DNA from: Selaginella moellendorffii
Lineage: Eukaryota > Plantae > Lycopodiophyta
Direction: 5' to 3'
NCBI RefSeq assembly: GCF_000143415.4
Contig: NW_003314266.1
Location: 2,300,827 to 2,364,826 of the forward strand
DNA: 64,000 bases
Within the stretch, counting starts at the first letter, position 1, and each line of letters opens with the position of its first letter. The notes under the pieces were generated by a model. That model was not told the origin of the DNA, did no database searches, and saw only the letters and a program-made list of their open reading frames with translations. A program made the position numbers and the translations under genes. Below are positions 21,770-34,228 of this stretch, in pieces.

Positions 21770-23400
21770 TAGTATTAGAGAGGTTGGTTGCAATAGCTAA
21801 CCAAGTTGAACACTAGAATTCTATTGCTAATGATAGTGCCGATGGAGGTACGAAGGTTTGAACCATTCAAAATATTGTTCATAAGCTGTAAACCCTTAAT
21901 CAAAATTAGTAAAAGATGTAAAATGAGATGTATGACATGATGGATACCATGCATGAGCGTGTTAAGACACTCAAGGCTAAACGTGGTGGTGCTCTAAATA
22001 AGCTTTCCTTGGTAGATCGACTCAATATATTAACCTTTTCCGGTGATGGTGGTGTGGATGAGTGGTTTGCTTGGCTAGCAAATGTGAAGAAGTTCTTGGC
22101 TATTAAAGGAACTTAAGATGCAAAGGCTTTAGTGGCTATTTTAATGGTTTTGTGGGTCTTTGGTGGTGGAATTAGCTTAAGGAGTCTCGTGTTGTGGATA
22201 AAAAACCATTAGTGTCTACCATGGATGGGTTTGAAGTTGCTTTTTCGTTTACGTTTTGCCCCTCACTATGATGTGGAGAATGCTTATACAGAACTTTTAC
22301 ATTTTCAACAAAGGAAAATGATGCTCGGGGACTATATTGAGAAGTTTACTCCCTTGATTAAAAGTGTTTTAACGAAGGATTTAGATAAGAACAAATCCTA
22401 CTTCATTGATGGCCTTCATAGTGAGAGTATGCGGCAACACTTGTGTCATTCTCAGCCTACAAAGAGTTTGGAAGAGCTCTTTGATGTGGCTCGTCAACTT
22501 AACAATGAATCTCGCAAGTGTTTGAGAAGTCCTTTTGTCGAGAGTCATCGCGATGATCACTGTGGACACAAGGATGGGAACAAGCATCACAAGTTAAAGT
22601 CAGTGATGGCTACTTTAGATGCAAAGGGGTCAAAGAAGCAGAAGTTTTTTGTGAAGAATTAGAAATAAAGTTGTCATCATTGTAGCAAGTTCAAACATTA
22701 TAAAGCTGATTATCCACAGTTGAAGAACAAGCAGTAAGGCACAGTTGAGTTAATGAGCAATAATCGAAAACTTCTTCCTCCGACCGAAATGGTTTCTCAC
22801 ACTGAAAAGTTTGCAACTTTTTAGCTTCTAACTTACTATCAGTAAAAGATTGACTATTCTTTTTGTGTGGAACAAAATGAAGCTCGAGAATCAGTTTTAA
22901 TGCTGAAGGGCGTGTTTTGTGGTGGTCCAATGTAAATTTTATTAGATAGTGGGAGCAATGACAACTTTACTTTTGCAAAATTTGTTGCGAAGTATAGTTT
23001 GGTGACACGAGGAGTTCTTTTATATATGGTGGAAGGTGCAACTACCTTTACTCAGCATTTAGATACTTGTGTAGAGGGGTTGGAAGTGTTGGTTGGCAAA
23101 ACCACAATTGTGAAGACTTTTTATTTCGTAAATATTTATCGTGTGGATCTCATTCTTGGGATGCCATGGTTAGTGAAAGTGGATCCGGAGATAAAGTGAA
23201 ATATTAAGTGTATCTTGTTAGAGTATAGTGGCATTAAAAATGTATGGTTTAAAGAGGAAATTCAACCTTTAGTTGTTATGCTCTCCACTACATCTTTAAA
23301 GTAGATTTATTGTAATGGAAAAACACTTTCGAGTTATTTATTGTTTGTTCATGACTTAGGAGAAGTAGTAATACAAGATGTACTTGACGAGTTTACAAGT
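21770..23400 (+). mobile_element. Highly decayed Ty3/gypsy gag-protease remnant
   Basis: Retrotransposon gag-like ORF 22225-22662, Zn knuckle remnant CHHCSKFKHYKAD, protease LLDSGSNDNF...DLILGMPWL. Many stop codons. Confidence 0.7.
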
Positions 23401-23891
23401 AGATCTTTGAGAAATTATGCATATGTAATGGTTGAAATGCTTCGTACAAATGGATTAAGAACAATTAACACCATCTACAATCCACTGATGCTTCCTCTTG
23501 TTGTTTTTCCAGATCAAATCCTGGCTCATTCATGCAAAAATCTTAATTATTTTCTATAATACTAATGTAATGGGATTTTAGTAGCATTAGATTGGTTTTA
23601 ATATAAACTATTTGCTTCTATATATAAATTAAAATTATTGAGCTAATTAATACACACATTTCTATATTCTATTTCCATATTCAATGCACTCACAATATGT
23701 TATTAAATATCTTAATTATTTAATTTGTTTGATGTTGTAATTTAGTTTATCTGGTTGTAGTTCATCCATTCCCTTTCAGTATGGGTGGCTTGTGAAGACA
23801 GGTATATGTTAAACAGTTTAAAGCTAAAGAAATTACCAGAAGCATTTTATGATTCATAGGCTCAAATCCTATTCTATTTAAGAAGCTTGCT

Positions 23892-26800
23892 CTAAACTTC
23901 CATCATTTGCACCAACCTCGGCAAACTTTGCCTGGCATTTTCCAGAAGCTTGACAACTTGCGCCATTGCAGGTCTCTCGGCCGGCGATGGCTTTGTGCAG
24001 CACAGCGCGATCTTCACCACACGCATCATCTCCGCATCCACCAGAGGAGAGTGTCCCGCCGTGCTCACGTCCAGAATCTGGTCTCCAGCCTGCCAACCTT
24101 TCTCGACAATGCAGCGTTCGATCCAATCCGCGATTCTGCCGCCACTTTTGTTCTTGCTGGCTTGCTTCCCAGTGAGGAGCTCTAGAACAGTGATCCCAAA
24201 TGCGTAGACGTCCGTCTTCTCGGTCAAGATCTTACTATGGCTCAGTTCTGCAAGTGACGAAATAAACATTTTAGTCCGAGAACGAAAAGAACTCTGGCAG
24301 TTCTTTGTTACCTGGAGCTAAGTAGCAGCAGTGGCCTTCCAAGGTTGCAAATTCCACAAGAAGCTTTGGCCTTGAGCTGACGTCGAGGAACACCGAGTGA
24401 GGCGAGAGGCTCCCGTGGAGGATCCGCTCCGGCCTGCTGTGAAGAAATGCGAGCCCCCTCGCTGTTCCAAGGCAAATGTCATACCTCTCGTTCCATCCCA
24501 GAGCGCCAGCGTCTGGTTTCTCCCCGGGGAAGAGAACCGAAGCAAGGCTACCTTGCGGCAAATGCTGGAAGAGAACCATAGCCGACTCCTTCCCCGTGCA
24601 AATCCCCAGAACCTTTGCCACATTCTCGTGCCGGAGCCTCGACACCGCTTCCATCCGCCGCATCAGCTCGGAGTCCGAGCCCAGACCACTGCTCCTGAGA
24701 AACCTCTTCACGCTGAAAACGTTGCCACCTTGATCGCTGGCCGCGAAGACGTCAGACGATGAAGAACTGGAGCTCGAAACTATCTCTTCGCCGTTCAATC
24801 GCAGCTTGTGGAACAGAACCAGATGCCAAGCCTTGAGATCTTCCTCGAGCTGGGGACGTACGTGACGCCTCCGGCGATTGAGAAAGAGGAGGACGAGGTA
24901 TGCCAGCGCGGCCGCCACGCACAGGCACAGACCAACACCAAGGATCCAGCTCAGCGCGTACGTGGCACTCGTTAGCGACCGACAAGTCGGCAAGCCGAGC
25001 TGACGTGTCGTACTGCATAGCTCGTTTCCCGCCAGGCTGCTCGAGTTGACGATGGCCGAGAGAGCTCCGGAGGAAGGAAACGCTCCAGAGAGCCTGTTCT
25101 CGGAGATGTTGAGGAACTCCAGCGATTGCATCGATGCCAGCGTCGCAGGGATCCCGCCCTCCAAGAGATTTCTCGAGAGATCCAGCGTGCTCAGCGTGGA
25201 GATATGTCCGAGCGAAGCCGGGATGAATCCAGTGAACATGTTTTCGCTGAGATCGATGGACACAAGCCTGGAGCAATGCCCGATCTGCGATGGGATCCCG
25301 CCGGAGAGATGGTTGCCGCTGAGATCCAGCTCGGTGAGGAGCTGGGCTTCGCCGATCGTGGCCGGGATCTCTCCACGGAACTCGTTGGCGCCGAGCTGGA
25401 GCTCCACCAGCGCTGGAAGCTGGAAGATCGAGGCGGGGATCTCTCCCTCGATCGAGTTCTGCTGGAGCGAGAGGATTTGCAGCGATGGGCAGCTCCAATT
25501 CAGCCCGGCAATGCTCCCGGACAAGCGATTGTTGGACATGTCGAGGAAGTAGAGCTCCTCTAGCAGCGCTAGCGATCCGGGAACGTTCCCAGTGAGGCGG
25601 TTGTTCTGGATCCTGACCCTCTTGAGGCTGGCACAGCGCGCGATACCGTCGGGGATCGGCCCCTCAAACGCATTGTCGAAGAGGATGAGCTTGAAGAGGC
25701 CGCCATTGGCACAGAGCGCCGGAGGGATCAAGCCCGAGAGCGCATTGGTGGACAGGTCCACAGCCGTTAGATTCGAGGCGGTGCCCAGCCGCGGATCAAC
25801 AGTCCCGGATAGCCCATTCCTCCACAGCGCTAGGGTGCGCAGCCTGGGCATGGCGGAGAAACTCACCGGCACTGGCCCCGAGAGGTTGTTCTGGAAGAGA
25901 TTGACGATCTCCAGCGTTGGAATGTCGGCCAGCGATCCCGGGATGGCGCCGGAGAGCGTGTTGTTGCTGAGATCCAGCGAGATGAGGCGGCGGAGGCGGC
26001 CGAGCGACGCCGGGATCTCGCCCGAGAGGCGATTCGTGTAGAGGAAGAGGTACTCGAGCCTGGAGAGATTGGCGATGGAATCCCCTGGAATCGGCCCCGA
26101 GAGATCGTTGAAGACGAGATCGAGGTGGAGCAGCGAGTCGCGCAGCGATCCAATGCCGCGCGGGATGGATCCATTGAGCTGATTGTAGCCGAGATAGATC
26201 CATTCCAGGCGCTGGAGCTTGGAGATCTCCTCCGGGATGGAGCCGACGAGGGAATTGCCCGCTAGGGTAAGGTAGCGCAGCGAGGAGAGATTAAAGAGCT
26301 CCGCGGGAATCGAACCCTCGAGGTAGTTCCCGCCAAGATCAAGATGCTCTAGCCGCGGGGAATATCCCACCTCCCGGGGGATCGTTCCCGTGAGGGAATT
26401 TATCCAGAAATCGACGGTCTCCAGCTGCGTGAGCCCCGTGAAGAGGACGGCTGGGATCTTCTCCGAGAGCGCATTGTCACTGAGGTTGAGGTGCTTGAGC
26501 GACGAGCATTGCGCGAGCGATGGCGGGATTGGGCCCGTGAAATTGTTGTGGGCGAGATTGAGGCTCTGGAGAGCGCCCAGCGATCCAATCTCCGGGGAGA
26601 TTGTGCCCGAGAGATTGCTGCTGCTGAGGTCGATGGCGATGATCACGCTGGTGCCGGGCGACGTCGAGGAAGAGTTGCTGCGATCTTGGGCTTTTCTCCG
26701 CGGGTCGCAAGTGATCCCCAGCCAAGAGCAGGGCGCTGCGGATGCCTGGGAGGACTCGATCTTCCAGCTCTCGAGCTTGTTGAGCGGGTCGAGGATGTAG

Positions 26801-26922
26801 CTCTTGATCCGGAGCAGCGTATCCACGTCTGGATTCGCCGCCGCCGCCGCCGCGGAGAATTGGACGAGAATCACGAGAGCAATGCCGGCAAGAACCATCG
26901 CTCTACTCTTTCGAAACTCCAT
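23892..26922 (-). CDS. LRR receptor-like kinase (subfamily XI, CLV1/BAM/PXY-like ectodomain) with degenerate kinase domain; exon 1 26922-24312, exon 2 24247-23892
   Basis: Signal peptide, LRR N-cap (CSWLGITC), ~21 LxLxxNxLsGxIP repeats, TM helix, WHLVLFHKL juxtamembrane motif, and an intron at the canonical LAP|E position followed by EKTDVYAFG..LELLTGK..ERPAMAQVV. Confidence 0.92.
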
Positions 26923-29273
26923 CCTTTCCTCGAGAATGCAGGGAAGAAGAACCAACTGTAGAAGAGAAGCTTGTCAATCCATGAGAAAAAAACGCTTTTT
27001 TTCCCTTTTTTTTCTACGTACTCCTTTTTCTTTGCGATTGTACGAGGAACACGAGATCTCGCGCTGCTTCTCCTGGCCAAGACAGAGGAAGATACGCTCC
27101 CTTCGTAGCGAGCGTATAAAAGAAAAGCTCCAAACCCCTGGCTCTTCGTAGTTCTTTGCGAAGTTCTCTCTCTTTTTGTGGGTGGTCTGTCTGCGTGGAG
27201 CTCGATCCAGGCTGTTGCACGAAGGGCAAGAGAGATGGAGGAAAAAAATGAGGGAAAAAGACCCGAAAAAAGAAGAAGAAATCGATGAGAGCAATAGCAA
27301 AAGGACGAGCGATTCCAGGACGAGATGTTGGTTCAATTCAAGAGGAAGCAAACGATAGCGAAAACGAAAGGAAACTGGGTGTTTTGATGCTGGCTGGCGC
27401 TCTCCAAATTATTTCCGAGATGGAGGAGGGGAATTGACAAGTGCCCAACTCGACGCGTTTCCGGGCATTTGTTTTGCGCTGTGCTGTGCTGGGATGGATG
27501 GGATGGATGCCTCAAAACCTGCAACACAAGAACACAATCGAGAAAGTCCTACACGGGACAAGGCTATAAATCGCGCTTGGATTTGGCAGAGGATCGAGCA
27601 AAAAGCCCGGCAGCGGAGATCGAATCGGATCTCGCGGTTCCCGCTGCCGATGCAGGAAACGAGGACGTGAGATTGCTCAGAGAGCGCAGCGGAGAAATGG
27701 GTTGCAGAAGTTTCCAGCAAATTATCGAGCCCACAAGGAGGAAATCGCTGGATCTTGTGGCTTGCAGCAGATGCCGCAGAGGGGCAAATGCTTTATAGCG
27801 TTGGACCTTTGTGGGCGTGGTGCTGGTCGGCGTGGCCCACGAAACATGAATGCGTTGGATTTGAAAACACCGATTCCTGTTTGTATGAGCTCAGCGAAAA
27901 AGAGGAAAGCGAGAAAAGGAAAAGCTTTGGACGCAAATGGAATTGATTGCTCTCTGCAAGGCTAGCTCGACCGCTCTCACTCTCACTATTGCGCAGGGAC
28001 CCCCTTGCTCTGATCATCACAATTTTGACCTGCTAGAGCGATGGAGATCAAGAGAGAAGCCAGACAATGGAAGCGATAAAGCAATGATGGGGATGACTCT
28101 CTTCTGCGATGCGCTCACAGAGCTCGAAAAAGAGCCAAGCGAGAGAGAGTGGAAAAAGCTATGATTCTTTTGAGACACGAAGATGCGGTGGAGGGGATGG
28201 ATTTCTCAAAGGCTGCGCCGCTTGCTGCCGCTACGCAGTCGCACTCGCCGCTGCAGAGATTTTTGGAAAGAAAAAAAAAAAAAAAAGAAGAGGAGACCAA
28301 AACTATTGCCCGCATTCCGGAGAAATGCTCCGCTCCACTCATCTGGGTGATCCTGTGTGACCAATCATGATGATCCGGTCCAGTGGAACTTTCGCAGCCC
28401 AGAGAACTCGATCGAGAGAAAGAGATCGATCCAAAAACTCCGTTTGAAAGGCACACCACACTTGACAAAACCGATGGGAAACGATTCGCAGGAATATTCG
28501 CACGTCGGGTGGGCAAATCTGGGCCGCTGGAATTCGAACCAGGCGCGCCGTAGATAACGGTCCCAGCTGTCACGGCGGCGGGGCCGTACTGACCACACAC
28601 TTGGGCGATAGGGCTCGCATCCGACGGTGGGCGTTGTCCCGGGGTGGAAAAAAGTCACCTCGGTAAAGAATCTACACTGACAGTACTGTGGTAAAAACTT
28701 CACATCGGTCATGTTATTTCGATGGCGACTAGTGGCGCGTTAAAACAAAATGCGTGCTGATAATGATAATAATGGTCGCCGCTACTTGTGGTTTTTTTTT
28801 TGGCCTGGCAGGAATCGAGCGTGCGACACCTGGCAGGCGGCTACAGAGCACAGGGTTCGAACATGGGACCGGATTATAAAGCGGCGACTTTCCGCCATTT
28901 TGACCTCGAGACCAAAAATCTAGAAATGCCGTCAAGCAACGGAAGAAGAGGCAAATTATCTTTTCTTGTCATACATATCGCGACGAAAGTCACGGGCATC
29001 TAGAAGGTCAATCCAAGAGATCTTTTCTCTTTTGGAGTGGCATAGCGATAAGAACAAACCAACGAACAACGCTCGGAGCGAAAATGTATTAAAGTGACCA
29101 GTCAACGCAATTGACGAACCCTAGTAAACGAAATTGACTGGACTAAATCCTAGTCAGCGTCGTTGACTAGAACCAAAATCCACTCCCTCCTACTTATAGT
29201 GAGCTTATTACAGGTGGTGCGAAATAAAAGGACCGAGTCTACATACAAGCTTGGCTTGGATGGATTGATTTGT

Positions 29274-29997
29274 TTACAGTCGCCACTCTCGGTTTTGGAA
29301 GATATCGCTCATCGGGGACATCCATCTCTTGGTGTGATAGACGCTCTCTCCGACCACCCAGCCGGGAACGTTGGCCATGATCCGGGCTTCCTCTTCCAGC
29401 TGCTTCTTACGAGCATTCACATAGCTGCAAGAACCGAAGCTTGGAATTAGAATCGAAGCATAATTGTAGCTCGGCAAATCTTACCTTATGTCCTGCTCGG
29501 CGAGAATGTAGGGTGTGATTGCGAAGCGGCAGGCTTTCTTCTCGAGTTTGCAAAGACTGCGTAGCGAGACAGGAATTTGAGATCAAAACCAGAGAAGAAA
29601 CGAAAAACTAAAGAGGAGAAAACAAGCTAGATTGCAAAGACTGCGTAGCAAGAGAGCAATTTCAGGTCAAAACCAGAGAAGAAACGAGAAACTAAGAGGA
29701 GAAAATTGCAAAAACTGCGTAGCGAGAGATCAAACCCAAGAGGAGAAAAGGAGCTAGAGGAAAGAATGCGGGTAAGGATGCATACCTGCGATATCTGTTG
29801 AATTGCCCGACCTTGTACAGTCCCCAAAACGTCATGAATCCCACCACGGCCATCACGGTGAGGCCGCTGGGGCCTGTGTTAGGGATTCTAGCGCCATACC
29901 TCACGGGCGGGAGCTTGTGTGGGAGCCTGTCCTGGAGAACGGGCAGCTCCTTCACGGAGCTCATGCCCTTCTGGCCGCGCACCACCGTCTCCGCCAT
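29274..29997 (-). CDS. NDUFA13: NADH:ubiquinone oxidoreductase subunit B16.6/NDUFA13 (GRIM-19); exons 29997-29786, 29556-29485, 29424-29274
   Basis: [35 protein letters not shown] and [27 protein letters not shown] match the plant GRIM-19 pattern. Confidence 0.92.
29548..29750. repeat. Three tandem ~75-85-bp copies spanning the intron 1 acceptor of NDUFA13
   Basis: ttgcaaa(g/a)actgcgtagc(g/a)aga...caaa(a/c)cca..gaggagaaaa occurs three times. Confidence 0.85.
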
Positions 29998-30038
29998 CGC
30001 GCTTGAACCTCGCCAAGAACCCTAAACGAAGAAGAACC

Positions 30039-31766
30039 CTAAATTGGGGCATGGCATTTGGGCGAGATATCAAAGAGATTTCTGGCCGCTCGCGCGCTGG
30101 CCGGGGAATCGCTCTGCACAGCTCCCGCGCCGAGGATCGTCGCCCACGCCACTGGATCGGGGCGGAATGGCATTCCCCTGAGGAGATTCTCGGCCTCCTG
30201 GAGCTGCCCGGATCGGCCCAGGATGTCGATCGCGCAGCTGAAGTGCTCGCGCGTCGGGGCGAGGTTGTGATCGCTGGTGAGGGACGCGAAGGAGCGGCAG
30301 CTCTGCTCGATCTTCCCCGTGTGGGCGAGCACGCTGAGCAATGGGATGAAGGAGAGTTCGTCCGGATTGGAACCCTCGAGTAGCATCGCGTGGAATGTGG
30401 CCAGGTCGCCGACGAGATTCCCAGACTGGGAATATGCCGCGAGCATGGAGTTCCATGTCACTGCTTGGACGAAGCACGAGCGTGGCATCTTCTCGAAGAA
30501 ATTCCTTGCCTCCCGAAGATTCCCTCCCCGTGACAATGCCGCGAGGACCGCATTCCATGATACCTCGTTGCGGTCTGGCATATTCCCAAACAGGGCCATG
30601 GAATCCCATAGATGCCCTGCCTGGGCATATGCGACGCACAGTGATGTCCACGTCACCACGTCTTTGTGAGGCATTGAATCAAAGATATTCCTGGCATCTT
30701 GTAGATTCCCGTTGCTTGCAAACGCCGCTAGCATTGCGTTGTAGGCAGTGGTGTCCCACTCTGGCATGGAGTCGAATATGCATTTCGCATCTTCCAGATG
30801 CCCATTCTGGGCGTGGGCAACCAGAAGGCTTGTCCAAGTGATCACATCTCGCTCCATGGCGTTGTCGAATAGGCTTTTTGACTGGTGGATATCCCCCTGG
30901 TTTCCATAGCCAGCAATGAGGACATTAGACGATACTACGTTCCACTCAGCCATCGAGTTGTAAAAGATTCCTTGGGCATTCTGGAGATTCCCAGCCTCTA
31001 TATGTAAGTGGATCATGGCCGTGCATGCGACCACATTCCACTCCGGCATGCTGAGAAAGATTCTCTTCGATTCCTCAAGATGCCCAAGAGTAGCATTTGC
31101 CTGCATCATGACCGTCCAGCTCACAGTATTTCTTTCGGGCATTTCTTGAAAGATCCTCCAAGCACCTAGAATATCCCCAGCGCTTGTGAATGCTGCCAGC
31201 ATCACAGTCCACGATACCACAGTCGTTTCCGGCATATTCTCAAAAAGCTTTATAGCTTTGGAATGATTCCCGTCATCGGCATATGCTTGGAGCAGAGCAG
31301 TCCAGGTGAGAACGTTTCTGCAAGGAATGAAATCAAACAATTTCTTAGATTCCCCAAGATCTTTAGCACTGACATAGGCTGCAAGGATAGTGTTCCACGA
31401 CACGAGGTCTTTTTCCTCAGTGGAATCGAACACCCCTCGAGCGAGCTCCAAATGCCCATTCTCGGCATATGTCTTGATCATCATGTTGGCTGAGAAGACA
31501 TTGGGTTTATGGATCCCTTGGAAGATCGCTACCGCCTCTTTCACTCTGCCACACTTCCCATACATCTCGATCAAGAGATTCGAAAGGAATGTGGAGCAGC
31601 AGTCGGCGACTTGTGCGTGAATAGCCCGCCCTCTCGACAAATCTCTAAGCCTCCCGCATTCTTTGATCAAAGTTGCGATCTCAATCTCTTCTTTGATTCG
31701 CGTGTTGGAAGAACAAGATGTTGCCCTAGAAAAACTCTCGGAAGAATTTGTGGAGGGAGCAGCCAT
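30039..31766 (-). CDS. PLS-class PPR protein with truncated E motif
   Basis: 575-aa ORF of tandem PPR motifs ending REHFSCAIDILGRSG..MPFRPDPVAWATILG. Confidence 0.9.
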   Translation of the reverse strand: MAAPSTNSSESFSRATSCSSNTRIKEEIEIATLIKECGRLRDLSRGRAIHAQVADCCSTFLSNLLIEMYGKCGRVKEAVAIFQGIHKPNVFSANMMIKTYAENGHLELARGVFDSTEEKDLVSWNTILAAYVSAKDLGESKKLFDFIPCRNVLTWTALLQAYADDGNHSKAIKLFENMPETTVVSWTVMLAAFTSAGDILGAWRIFQEMPERNTVSWTVMMQANATLGHLEESKRIFLSMPEWNVVACTAMIHLHIEAGNLQNAQGIFYNSMAEWNVVSSNVLIAGYGNQGDIHQSKSLFDNAMERDVITWTSLLVAHAQNGHLEDAKCIFDSMPEWDTTAYNAMLAAFASNGNLQDARNIFDSMPHKDVVTWTSLCVAYAQAGHLWDSMALFGNMPDRNEVSWNAVLAALSRGGNLREARNFFEKMPRSCFVQAVTWNSMLAAYSQSGNLVGDLATFHAMLLEGSNPDELSFIPLLSVLAHTGKIEQSCRSFASLTSDHNLAPTREHFSCAIDILGRSGQLQEAENLLRGMPFRPDPVAWATILGAGAVQSDSPASARAARNLFDISPKCHAPI

Positions 31767-32132
31767 TGGCCGTTCGATTGACCATACGTCTATAATCGTG
31801 CCAAGTCACTTGGAAAAAGCCGCCGGCCGACCACGTGTCATGTGCCAACAGGCGAGATGAAAGCGACACTCGGCGCAAAGGCCGGATAGGGTTTTTGAAA
31901 TTCTCGTTTTAGGGCAATGCGCGATGATCGTCACGATTTCGTGATATTCGCAGGGATCCAGGTGTGCTTCGCGATCTTCGCGATGGATTTCTAGGTGCAT
32001 GTAGCCGGGCAGCGGGCATTTCGATCGATTCGTGTCGGGATCGAGCGGAGGACAGGATCGAGGGATTGTTGGCTCCTGAGATGCGAAATTCATGAGTTCT
32101 TCCGCTGGCCGCTGGGTTTTGGATCGGGCGCC

Positions 32133-34228
32133 ATGGCATCGCATCATCACGGGGATTTCCTGGAGAAGCCCTTGGCGCCGATTGTGGTCACGGCATTGAA
32201 CTCCAAGGAGCGAGCTGCGAGGGCTTCGATCGAGAAGGCCGAGGCCGAGAGGCGGTTGCGCGAGGCGGAGGCCCGGCTAAGAGAGGCGATCAAGGCGCTG
32301 AACAGGAGCCATGGGAAAGATCCGGAGGGGTCACTGTATGATGGGAGGCATGCTCTTTGTCACCATGGAGACTCTTGCATCGCGAATGCGATTGGGAGCC
32401 TTTGCCAGAGCTTTCTTCTGGCGTATGGTGTGAGAGTTGGGATTGGCGTGCTGCTCAGGGCTTTCAAGCTTGCGAAGAGGAGACCCCATTACACATTTCT
32501 CGATTTACAAGTAAGTGACGTCTTCGTTTTCTTCCGTGTTGATGGAAATACGCAGTTGCTATTGTCGGAGAAAAATCTTATTGTGAGGGAGGAAGCATGC
32601 CGGACTGGTTTGCTCTTCGGTGGCTTCGCTGGAGCTTTCCATGGCATTCGATGCCTTCTACGGAGATTTCGAAACAAGGATACTCCGCTGAACGTGTAAG
32701 CGTCCGCCTTTTCTCTCTTGTGTTATCTAGCCTTACGTTCCCCACAGTTTTATAGCTGGAGCTTTTGCTGGGCTGTCTGTGCTCTCGCTGGATGATCCTG
32801 CAAAAAGGCGGACTTTTGCTCTGTATTTGCTCGCAAGAGTTGCACAGGTACTAGCAGGTTTCATGATTTGGTTCCTTCGAAGTTTTCCTGAGATAAGACG
32901 CTTGCAGTGCACATACAACTCGGCAAAGGCGAAGGACAAGTTCCATTTTTGGGGAAGCCACTGGAAGCATGGCGATACTCTGCTGTTCTCCCTGGCTACC
33001 GCGCAGGTATAAGTTCCAATCTCACGCTAGTTTCCAGTCTCATTTTGAAATCTTTCAGATCATGTACGCGTACGTGATGAGGCCAGAAACTTTACCGGAA
33101 TCCTACCTCGAGTTTATCATAAAGACTGGCCCCATTGCTAGGCCAGTTCTAAAAGCGGTGCGCGAGAGTTGCCGAGGTGGTCCAATCGACATAGCGGCTC
33201 TTTCAGCCTTTGTGGAAAGACGCACAGGTCAAGCTCTCACGGGTTTGCAGCGTAATGCTCCCATCATACCTTGCTCGTGCGTCCACCCGGAATCTCCTTT
33301 TTGCTTCCAGCACAACATGAGAGCAATGCGCGCGACATTCAAGAAGACTTTCCCGCTGTATCTCTCTCTCACGTTCGTGCCGTTCGTGGTCTTGAACGTC
33401 CAAAAGGTAACTTTTTTCTTTGCTTCTCTTTCCATCTCGTTTGTTCATTCCACTTGCTCTTGCAGTTCATGCAGGCACCGATGCACACATTCTGGAACGC
33501 GCTCAAGAGCGCAGTGCGATCTACTTACTTCTTGTCCGCATTTGTTGGCATCTACCAGGTATGCTGTCTCTGGCATCACAGGTGATAGTAACTTAGCTCT
33601 GGCTTTTGGTCCCAGGGAATCATTTGTCTACAGCGAAAAGCCGTGACCAAAGACTTTAGATTCATCTACTGGTTCGCGGGAGCCATCGCGTCTCTGTCGG
33701 CAATGCTGGAGAAGAAAGGCCGGCGCTCTGAGCTAGCGCTTTATGTTCTTCCCCGAGCGGCGGATTCGCTGTGGTATATTTTGATAAACAGGCACTTGCT
33801 ACCTAACATCAAACACGCCGAAGTAAGCCTCTCTCTCTCTTCTAGTGTTTCCTTGGATTCTCACAAACTTGACTTGTATTTCTCTCTACTTGAAACAGGT
33901 AGCACTGTTTTGTTTGTGCATGGGCGGGCTCATGTACTACCATGAACACGAGCCGGACACCATGGCTCCATTTTTGCGGGGCTTGATACGGCGCTTCTTG
34001 AACAGGACTGGGGGGATGGACCAGCCCCCCGTGTTAAGCACCGCTTATCCTTATTTTCTTCCACTGGACGTCCCTTCCTCCGCCACCGCCATCGAGGACG
34101 GGCGCAACCATTTGCGTTTACATCTCAACCATCAGCATCAGCATCAGCAGCCGCCGTTGCGGGACGGGGTCGTCAACGGCGAAGATCCGCTCGAAAGGCT
34201 GCAAGCCGAGGCCTTCAAGGGACTGTAA
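32133..34228 (+). CDS. TMEM135-like membrane protein (Tim17/Tim22/Tim23/PMP24 superfamily), multi-exon
   Basis: CHHGDSCIANAIGSLCQSFLLAYGVRVGIG, REEACRTGLLFGGF, HGDTLLFSLATAQ|IMYAYVMRPETLPESY, EKKGRRSELALYVLPRA, with short GT-AG introns. Confidence 0.85.

Noticed and set aside
28149-28370. ORF containing SPLQRFLERKKKK, resembling a JAZ Jas motif
   Set aside because: The lysines come from a poly-A run and there is no TIFY domain or gene structure. Likely coincidence.
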